DNA from: Rotaria socialis
Lineage: Eukaryota
DNA: 62,790 bases
Direction: 5' to 3'
NCBI GenBank assembly: GCA_905331295.1
Contig: CAJNYD010000038.1
Span: 45,854-108,643, forward strand
Shown: positions 52,901 through 62,790 of the stretch, piece after piece
How the letters are laid out: each line of letters opens with the position of its first letter
Numbering within the stretch: the stretch's first letter is position 1
Translations under genes and position numbers: made by a program
Notes under the pieces: generated by a model
Told to the model about the DNA's origin: nothing
Database searches by the model: none
The model's input: only the letters and a program-made list of their open reading frames with translations

Positions 52901-53635
52901 ATTTTCCAATCCATACTGTCGAAGTAAGTCGACTAAACTCATATCAACACCAAAAAAGCCAATAACTTTTATTCGAATGTCTATACCACCATGATTATCC
53001 AAAATATGAACACGAATAAAACGTGTTTTTACCGATGGGAAATAGAAATCATTTTTATTTCCTTCTATAATCAATAAAAATGATCGATCTTTCATTAAAA
53101 TTCACATATTTATTTTTCTTACGAGATAACACGCAAATAAAATCGATAATTTTAAGCCAATGACCATTGAAAGAATTTGAAACATCGATACGACCATTTC
53201 GTGGGGCCGATTGGTTCTCACTGATAATAAAAATTAGATCGTTTATAATTCAGTTGTTCGTTTCCTTCTTACCATCCAATGATTCTTATTCCATTTATAC
53301 TATATTCATGTTTTAAATCAAATACAACCCATCCATTTCTAGCTAGTAAACAAGTCCAATAGGTTTCAGGTGAAACTAAAGAAGAAAATTTTGTTTCAAT
53401 TAAAAAAAGAAACAAAACAGAAAAACATCAATTTACTATCAAGTAAATTTTGTACAGATGAATTTTCAGCTGTTGGACTGCGATATTTTTCACTGTCAAG
53501 TGTCCAATTCGAATGGCTACGAAGTAGTGGAAACATAGAAGAAGCATCATTTCCTAAAAATAGCAAACAATCTAACAGAAATAGTCATAGCTTTTCTTCA
53601 ACAAGCATCACAACGTATGAAATACGAGCTTTCAT
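46936..53635 (-). CDS. Multi-exon gene: discoidin/F5-8C-like domain, SAM-like helices, Ig-like domain, then long disordered tail(s); start codon uncertain
   Basis: Small exons at 53.55-51.9 kb read ETYW..GWVVFDLKHEYSINGIRIIGW..KTRFIRVHILDNHGG..IGFFG, LLRQYGLENSLNTLLANGINDLETL and AFRDYTFKYPGRYKIRV. The phase-1 donor after 51897 fits acceptors at 51167 and 48539. Confidence 0.68.
51397..51690. repeat. Intronic segment duplicated in inverted orientation at 54786-55600
   Basis: Reverse complement matches 54786-~55011 and ~55530-55600 with few differences. Confidence 0.92.
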
Positions 53636-55042
53636 TTTTTCAGATCATTCGTTATACCGATTTACCCCATATGCATCTACTCGTATAGTAAGTTAATTTG
53701 TTAAAAAACTTTAGCAATACACCATGCGCTGGTCAGCGGTAGAGTTATATAGTTACACAAGTAGAGTGAACGAATCGTATGTTTACAAGGAAAAAATATT
53801 AATAAACATATAAATATGTAGTTGAACAAAGAAACAGCTACTGTTGTATTGATTCATCTAATTTTAATCTATTTTAGTTAGCTAAATAGATAAATTTGAG
53901 ATCGTGCGAATAGTATTGAAAATCTAGTTAGCGTAAGCGTGTCTAAAATTTCAGCAGTTATTTCTTCTTCAATGTAAAACAGTTTCATTCAATACTTTGT
54001 TCAACTTTAAGAGTATAGAGCGCAATCAATCATCAATAAGATTGTATACAACTTTTAAATTTCCTTAGAAATACAACAAAACTGAAGAAAATAAGTGAAT
54101 CCTCCTGTACTGTATATTATTCTCGGATAGTTTGTGGAATGCATACATTTGAAATTGTTCATTGATACATGTACATCTTAGAATAGTATTGAGAAACAAA
54201 AAAAAAAGATTCTATCCTATCTTATATTTTATTATCTTTTAAATAATCTTTATTTTAAGCATATTTTGTGAGTTCAATCATCAACGTCAATCGCTATTTT
54301 TATGAATGTATCAAGTTGTTGATTTCGTTCATTTCTTTCTTTACAGCGACGAGTGAAAGAAGAGTTTCAAAAATATTATTTAATTATTAATAGATGAATT
54401 TTAATTCAATTCAATTTTCGCTCTCTGTTGCATGCATCCGAAAAAATTAATCGTCAGAAAATCTCAAAAAAAAGAGAAATGAATCAGATAACTAATATAG
54501 ATAATTGAAAATCGACCCAACTATATGTGTATAAAAATAAAAAATCAGTTGTTTTATATCATTACATTTTTCAAAAACATGTCATTATTAATTTGTGAAG
54601 CGATGAAAATGAGAAATGTCACACATGATAGTAAATCACATATTTATTCTTGCGTCTCTTTTGATAATCAAATCTTTTCAAAGTTAAATGCTTAAAATCA
54701 CTAGATTTGTAGAAGGACATATTTTTGTAAAGATTGTCAAAAAATGATTGATCATGAAAAACGGAAAAGAATTAGTTTGAATGANTCGGACTTTATTCAC
54801 CGTCTTCGTTTTTTCATTCCTTTGAAAACATCAAGTATAATAAAAACTGAAATAAATTGTAAGTTTGATAACGGTGATGTTTTATTGTATATGCTCGCGT
54901 TAATTGTATAATTTCTTCTCTTCAAATATGATTGTTTGCTGGTGATTTACCTCGTTATCGTTTCTCTCTCTCTCTTTCTCTCGTATATTTTTATTGCCAT
55001 CGTTTATAAAAGCTGTTAGCGCAATCCCTTTGGGATTAAAAG

Positions 55043-55529
55043 TGTGAAACACGATGAAACTTCTTTTCTGGGATTCGTCTATTACTGTCACTGGTGGTCT
55101 GTGGAGCTTCTCTGTTACGGTCTGTATTATGATGTATAGAGTCTCTAGAAACAATCACAGACCGTGACAGATACCTCAGAAACCATCACAGACCGTAACA
55201 TATACCTCAGAAACCATCACAGAAAGTGACAGAGAATTCAGACGCCATCACAGACCATGACAAAGAGACTTCAGAAACCATCACAGACCGGGACAGATAC
55301 CTCAGAAACCATCACAGACTGTGACAAAGGGGCTACAGAGATCATCACAGACCGGGACAAAGGGACTTTAGAAATCATCACAGACCGGGACAGAGAAATT
55401 AATTAATTAATTAATTAATCACCTAACTAATTAATTAATTTCTCTGTCCCTGTCTGTGAGGGGGGCCTGGGGATGGGTCCAAATTTCTACCCTATATACT
55501 TCAACACTCCTTTCAGATCGTGTTTCACA
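55043..55529. mobile_element. Non-autonomous element with TGT...ACA termini, 13-bp TIR and 4-bp AAAG TSD (Ginger-like or solo-LTR-like)
   Basis: AAAG|TGTGAAACACGAT ... ATCGTGTTTCACA|AAAG; absent from the paralogous copy at ~51465. Confidence 0.8.
55147..55395. repeat. Minisatellite, 8 copies of a 31-33-bp unit, inside the element
   Basis: Unit approximately AGAAACCATCACAGACCGTGACAGATACCTC. Confidence 0.92.
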
Positions 55530-58500
55530 AAAGTACCACAAAATTAAGCTCGCTACTACTGCTGCTGCTATTACTTTTTCGTTTTTTTTCCGTAGTACAT
55601 AAAATCATTACTACATTAATGTTGGAGTTAGATTAGAAATATTAACACATAGATTCTTTACCACTTTCGAATTAAAATCATTGAATTGTAAGATTGCTTT
55701 CAATGATTTTCAATACTGTCGTAAAATAAACTTCAAACAATCTTTTTTTTTCTTATAGTATCATATAAAACCTTTCTGATCTTGAGTGGAGAAAAATGAA
55801 TCTTCCGTTACTCTGTCATATCTTCTAACCAATGAAACGGACTTTTACTTACATGAGCTCCCTTACAAATTGTACCATTCTGTTGGTTCTTTTAGTAGAT
55901 AAACAATCGTTCAACCGATATCGTTCTCTATATGCATATGCTAATGAGCTTGGTATAAGAATCTGTTCAAAAGAAACTTTTCTTTTTCTAAATTCTTGAA
56001 TACAGTGCGAGAAGTAAATCTACAAGATTACAATAGTCACTTGTGTAGAATGTTGATTTCGACTGAATTGAAGTTACAGAAAGAAAAAAAACAACCCTAT
56101 TTCTATAAAGAATGAAGGCGGTACACAGACAATTCAGTTCTTTTTTTGACTTGTTTGTTTTCTCTCTTTTGCTTTCGCGACATATATCTTTGTCATCAAT
56201 CATTTTTTTGATTCACTAATCTCATCGATAGAAAATCAGACAATATTTCACTGAAATACTCAGATAAAACAAATTACAGGTATTTCAAGACTTTTTCATT
56301 GCCTTCTCTTACGTTATAGTGATGAATTTTCACGATAACTGTACTTGATTGTTAAAATATTGATCCTTATTCGCACCGACAACTAGAAAGATGAACTCTA
56401 CGTTTAGTGGAAGAAAAATAAAAGAAAGGATTGAGCTTTTTGTGATGTGCACGAAAAAAATATGTTTTACAGCGAGAAGAACATATTTTCTGTATGGCAA
56501 CATGTGCAAGTTTTTTTTTCTTCTTAACACTTCTAGAAAATTCGAATTTCATATAACTTTTTAGACTTTTCTCCTTCAATTGAGAATTCATTCTATAAAA
56601 TCGCTCTAATAGAATCTTTAGAATTTTTCTATTCGTTTCTCTATAATGTTTATTTAGTAAGAATCTTTCAATAAAATTTTCCCTATTTACCTACTAAATT
56701 ACAAGGTAACGCGACGTTAACGTCGACAACCCTCTACTGAAAGGATTTAGTCATGTGGAGCGTAGCTATTCAAAACTATCTAGCTGGGATACTCCACATT
56801 TTATAGTTTCGAAATGAGTTTCATGGAAAACACGATTGATAACCGAGCATAAATAGAAAACTTGCTTGGCAGTATCACCAAGAAAACGGCATTTAATTAC
56901 TACTTACAAATACTTTATGGTGATAGTGAATTTAAGTGCATCTGATCTGCTACAGCTCAAGCTATGCTCCCAAAAACTTTCGATCAGCTTGATAACAGAA
57001 TGAAGCAAAAGATCCATTCAGAAGAGCTATAATCGAGATACTCCATTTTTAGTAAAGTTACAACTCTAGTTGGTCTATGAACTAGATATTTAACATGAAT
57101 CTGCACGAGTAAATCATAGATAAAATCAAACTAACTTTTTCCAACTCGATTTCGGTTAGCTTTATCCTCATTTTTGCTCAAATCCATCTGGGTTCATTTT
57201 GCTTCGGCGCGTTTTCCGTCTAGAATGCATATATTCATTCCTGGGTGCACCTTCACAGATAGATAAATCTAACATTTACATCTTTTGAATCAAATCCACT
57301 TGCAATCAAGAAAAACTAAACTTATTAAGATAATCACGACAAATATCAATTTCAAATATTTCACATGAGTTGAGCAACTATTTCACGACCTGTCTTCGGA
57401 AGAACTTCAAGATATCTCTTATTTTCGAAAATTGTTTCCACTTTTCTGATCGAGACAACGTGTAACTACTCTATAAGTCTCCCAGGCCTGTAGTCTTATA
57501 ATCACAGCAGATTTTCAACTGAGCGGCTAGTTTTGTCTCATATATGCGGTGAGCGTGATCCTTTTAAACATGGCATGATTGATTGAAAGTTTCGCCTCAT
57601 TCTATAATTATTAGATGAAAACAAAGAGAACTTTCAAAAAACCCGAAAACAACACTTGTGGGACTAATTTAATCCAGTTTAATCTACATATGCGATAAAT
57701 TCCTCATCATTTAGAAAAGAATGTGACAAGATTCCCGAGTACTTATCCAGTTCGAGTCCGTTCGTAGATGCGCTAATCTAGAATTCTAGGTGTTAATTTT
57801 GAATAAATTCTTCGTGCCACAATAAAAGTTGACATATCAAGAATAAACTGAAGACTTTGGAAAAAGCCTTCAACGTCTTAATGCACGTGAGCGGCTAGTC
57901 GTTGCCAAATTGAGAATCAATTCCACCCCAAAATACATACAGCTTATTCGCAATAAGGTCTCACATAACCATAGGATACATCTAACACTATAAACATCAT
58001 CGAATGGTATCCTTAAAAAATTTCCCTACAAAGAATTTCTATCACGAAAATGGGACGATCTAACCAGCTCCTAATGCATTAAAAACTTGTTTGAACTACA
58101 AAATTTCAGAAAACTAACAACGCCATTGTGTTCCCCGACCCTGAGTACCTTCGGTCAGCCCTTATAAGAAACTATTTTTTCCTCAAAAGAATTCTTTTTT
58201 TACTAAAATAATTGATGATTAAAATTTTTTGAAATTGTGACGCCGGATTCGAGTTCCCTGACCCCAAAAACCTTCGGTCAAACTGATCCATACAGATATT
58301 GTTTGAGGTCAGTTAAGTTTATGCGTCTGCTTTCCTATTGGACGAAAGAACGAACGGACACCCACACCCTCAGAATTGAAGACAACTTTTCTCCAGATTC
58401 GAAGAGAACTACAATTAAGTATTGTTAAATTGAGAAAAACATAAAAATTAAGTTCTTTCGACTTTTGGGAAAACGATCGATTCTCCAAATTATCTAATAG

Positions 58501-61500
58501 CGTGAGAGAAAATTCAAAACTCAAAGATTTTTTATGTTATCTCATAATTGATTCACTACTCAAACGGATATTTTCCTAGTTTGGATTATAGTATTGCAGT
58601 TCTATCCAGCAATAGATGAAATCAGATTATATGCGGATAAAATGATCAACTCCTACATTATTCTTCTGTTCTTCAAATCGAAATATTTTGTAATTCTGAC
58701 AAATTTTGAAAGCTTTCTGATCGAATCTAGCATCTGAATGCTCTCTGACTTTCTCTAATTTCCCTTCTGCGAAAAGATCTCGAAAAATCTTTCTCCTACT
58801 TCCAAATTAGATAATTTCACCAATTTATTTTCATTACGAGGTCGATAAACTTAAAAGACTTTTTTCTCGTATTGCTTCTAAGACTGACTGGCAAGATTGT
58901 ACATTCATAATGAACGGCGACAGTACTTCTTCAAAAAACATTAGATTATGTTATTTTGTTCCCATTTTTTTCTCGTTTCTTAGTTCGACTATTTAGAGAT
59001 GTACTCGCTTTTATCTCTTCGTCATAAACATGAAATCCAGTAGTTCAACTTTTTCTACCGTTTTTATCACTTTGAAGGCATACTATTTTCGCTGGTTGAT
59101 TCGTCTGATATAGAAAATCTAATTTTAAAATGGTGGCTATCGATAGATTGTGAACGAGGAAGGGAACTGCTCAGAAACTATATTAAGAGTAAAGAGAACT
59201 TCGAAAACATGTTGAATTGGAGAAAACTAAAGAAATTTAAAAAAGACATGTGTTTATATGCTGTATTACATAATTAAACATTCAACACAATCGTATTGTT
59301 TAAATCAACTATTTTCATCTGAATAAATTTCTTTGTCTAATAGTATATTCAAAAGCAGTGACATAATTATGTTGAAACTCGTAAAACTGTTGTAACCTAG
59401 ATATTTTTCTTGATATAATTAAGGAAAAAAAGCTCTCTATTGAGACAACCAATATTCATTGTAAATAGAATTGTCGGTTATCCAATATGTTATAACTATT
59501 AACGGAGAGAGTTTGTCTTATATTAGTTTCTATATTTGAAGAATTAAATATAAGACGAAATTGGTTAATCATGACTTTCATGTCTCTGTAAATGTAAGAA
59601 GTTCACATATATGTACTTTTTTTTATCAGCGCAACTAAATTTCTGACAAAAAAATATGATCATCCATAATTCATATCGAAGTAAACTGTAGTTAAAAACA
59701 AAAATTTCATTCTATATAAAAATTTTGAGTTCTTTTGAATATAAATTGCCACCTTCTTTCATGAAATAAAGGTCTACTCCCTGCTATTTAAAAACTTGCT
59801 TTTTCCAATTTATTAAGTTTTTGTAATTTCTGATATTTTTTCTATAGGGACATTAGAATCTTATTTCCGACACTATATCATCATTTGAATTTGAGAATGA
59901 AACTTGAACAGCAACATATTCTCTAAAAGATTTATCTGAATTTTATTAGTTAATCATATCAATTCTTTTCATTGTTTAAATGGATGGATATATTATCAGT
60001 CTAGCGATGCAAAATCTAGAATAAATGATTTTGTGAAACATTTTCTCAGTGATGAAATCTCAAAAGAGAGTTCAAGTTTTTAAGTTGAAATCAAAAATAG
60101 TTCAACAAGTGCCGTTTTTATACAATTATGCTGATAGATAAGGCTTTAATGGTATTCTCATGTCGATCTGCAGTTTATTTTCTGAAATATTTTATTGTAT
60201 GAAGAAATACGATATCATGCAAATATTCTCTTACTAAGTTTGAATTTCTTTTACAAAATGAAACATCAAAGAGACATGTCGAGTATACATTATGTAGTTG
60301 AAGAATTTCGACGAACACAATAAGTTCTAGTAAAAATATTTAAGTGAAAAATCAAGGTATTCATAAATGATAATCAATGAAATTCCAGCAACTCTGATGC
60401 TTATTTAGATTAGACCAAAGATTATAATCAGCTATTTGCGACTTCTTTTCAATTGGCTGATATTTGATTTGCAGTAATAATCAGTTTCCATCAGTATAGT
60501 TGATGAATTGTGTACTACGAGTTCATAAGATCGACATTCTTTCAATTAACATATTGAAACTCCAAATTATGTCTTATCTGTGTATACCAATTGAAAAAAG
60601 TTTTGAAATAACCATACGTATCTAAGATTTCGTTCCACATTATACGTAATTATATTAGTGGCGGGTATCGAGTAGATGCACAGTTTTAGATCTGCTACTA
60701 CACGACAAAAATATAAGTATTACTATTGGAACATATGAGGAGTCTTTCATGATCATCGTTCTGAAATTAATAAATAGTTATAAATAATATAATTTTATTG
60801 TAGAAATAGTCATTTAAATTCGATTATAAATCAATACCATTGTTACTAGAGTATTTTTGTGATTCTCTTGTTGAAATAATCTCTTCTTCTTGGTACTCTT
60901 TAAATAAGAGGAATTGATAGATTTTTTAGATGATATAGAAACTAAAACAAAGTAATTATTCATGTTGTAGGCAATTTCAACAAAATTTTGAATAACGCCT
61001 CGATATGAGTAATGCTTATATTTTAAATACTTTCAAAAACAAAAAGAATCATTCCAAAGCAAGAGTCACTCAGATTAAGAACTTGTAAAAATTGAAATTG
61101 AGAGAATTATTTAAGCTTACATGTGATCGATCTTATTATTTCATAATTCAAGGTTGACTGAAGGTCAGACTTATGATAATCCAGTCACACAATATTAATC
61201 CGATAGCCATTAAGGGTTATGAGTGAAAATATAACTATAAACACATATTTCGTAAGACATTTTCATTATACTATAAAAAAAAATGGCTTTCATTTGTTTT
61301 TTGTAATTAATATATATTTTTTTTCCATATATTCAAATTGTTTTAGTAGTACCTCAATGTCTGTTCGATGAAGACTTGATAGATTCGTAAGGTTTTTCTT
61401 ATAAATATTATTTCCATTCACTTTGCTTATTTCAATTGAGAAAGTGTATAAGAAAATATATGAACCCTTACTAGTTTTTGTCATAAAAAGAATTTATTTT

Positions 61501-61997
61501 TGAAGACGAGATTTTCTGATTTGTCTGCGATTGAGATGATAATTGCACGAAAAATGAATTACACCAACACTTAATTCACCTTTAATCACTGATCAATACA
61601 AATTGTTCATATTATACTCGTTAAGTTTTCTCTAAATAGAATGCCATTCATTAAATTCTCTTATAAAATATATTGAAAATGATGATTATTTTTTCGTAAC
61701 CAAATAACTAGAAAGGAATCGACATCAGTTTATGAATGTTTTCTGTTTATACATATATGACGTATTCACTCTATACTTATGTAGCTATAAAATCATTCGT
61801 ACCCTGGTTGTTCATTCCTACAACTGAATCCAATCGGATCTGAAAACGAGTTACGTTAGATCTTACATGAAAACCCACGAGAATCGGCAAATTCCGGGTT
61901 TCGGACCGAGATTCGGACCCATAGGATCGGAATCCGATACATATCCGATCGTATCCTACTCTGAGATCCGATACACCAAAAACGTTTGCTATAGTTA

Positions 61998-62263
61998 CCC
62001 AGGTCGAAAAATCTGACACAAAATCTTATGAAGCACATACAAGTAGGGATGCAACGGTGACGATCAAAAACCGTTCCACCGTCACCGTTTCACCGCTTGA
62101 GACCGGTGAAGCGGTCCACCGATGCACCGCTCCACCGTTTTAGCGGTCTCAAGCGGTGGAATGGTGAACGATTAATCGTCACCGTTGCATCCCTACATAC
62201 AAGATCATATATGATCAGATGCAAGATCTTATCAGATCTTGCAACATGATTGCTCGACCTGGG
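61998..62263. mobile_element. MITE with CCCAGGTCGA TIRs flanked by TA (Tc1/mariner-like target)
   Basis: TA|CCCAGGTCGA ... TCGACCTGGG|TA; a related right end TTGACCTGGG occurs near 5750. Confidence 0.8.
62044..62195. mobile_element. hAT-family MITE (152 bp) nested in the previous MITE
   Basis: 21-bp perfect TIR TAGGGATGCAACGGTGACGAT and perfect 8-bp TSD CATACAAG. Confidence 0.93.
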
Positions 62264-62356
62264 TAACCTCTAAAAAGCTTTTTGCAATAAATACAATTTC
62301 GATAATTTTTTAAAATTCTTCCGTCGGATCCATCAATAATTCTGAAGCCCAGAATC

Positions 62357-62405
62357 TAGGGATGCACCAGTACCAGTATACTGGTCTACCAGTATATACT
62401 GGTTT
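62357..62405. mobile_element. Left end of another hAT-like element
   Basis: TAGGGATGCA followed by ACCAGTA/TACTGGT subterminal repeats; matching right end not found in the window. Confidence 0.5.
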
Positions 62406-62790
62406 TCTACTTTCGAAAATAACTATTAGCTAAATGATTCATTTTCTCAGCCATCACTTCCTGTGCCTATATTCAAGTGAAAAATTGAGTTTTGCAGCAG
62501 TTTGAAACAGTATAAGATGCTCTATACTCAACTAACTGATAACATTATCTAGAACATTTTTCAATAGTTTTCAGCGTTTTTGAAGAAAAAAGATCATTAA
62601 TTCAGGTCGTAGTCATGGTAAAAAAATAAATCGTACTCGAAAATCTATATTGAGTATATTATATAGCACTAAAAGTCAGTAAATGGAGAAAAAAATAAAT
62701 GTATATGTGTAAACAATGACAATTGTCACTTGTATTAGTATTAAATAAGAAAATACTATTGATACGAGGGCATCTTATGCACTGATTTTA

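Larger units (their letters stand above)
54786..55600. repeat. Inverted copy of 51397-51690, interrupted by insertions; begins right after an N
   Basis: TCGGACTTTATTCACCGTC... is the reverse complement of 51690 leftwards; homology resumes at AAAGTACCACAAAAT. Confidence 0.9.

Noticed and set aside
55147..55395. CRISPR-like array
   Set aside because: Units are contiguous degenerate repeats without unique spacers; no cas genes; eukaryotic context
58247..58260. tRNA T-loop/B-box-like GATTCGAGTTCC
   Set aside because: No cloverleaf or A-box

Overview
AT-rich eukaryotic genomic DNA with many ~50-60 bp GT-AG introns. Intron size, TGTGGG-type repeats, the WWE-ART gene, the divergent Argonaute and the MITE families suggest a bdelloid rotifer (inference, not verified). 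A gene-rich core (~6-53.6 kb) is flanked by ORF-poor, repeat-derived DNA. Genes in order: WWE + R-S-E ADP-ribosyltransferase (-); Cys-rich GPI-anchored mucin-like surface protein (-); Brahma/SMARCA2/4 remodeller (+); membrane-anchored DUF1868-like 2H phosphoesterase (-); six-domain CBM14 chitin-binding protein (+); hexokinase with two alternative terminal exons (+); RNF217-like RBR ligase (+); anionic CS-alpha-beta defensin-like peptide (-); Argonaute with intact DEDH tetrad (-); decayed gag-like ORF (-); a multi-exon gene that manual splicing joins into pseudo-OTU + OTU protease + NLS + Rel/NFAT-like DNA-binding domain (-), the most unusual item; and a discoidin-like/SAM/Ig-like gene with two alternative disordered tails (-). 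Repeats include a 95-bp satellite, three telomere-motif inverted elements, a fold-back element, a TGT..ACA element with 4-bp TSD inside an inverted duplication, and nested MITEs. Two single-N junctions (44458, 54785) call for caution about the assembly. All exon models and domain calls were made by eye.
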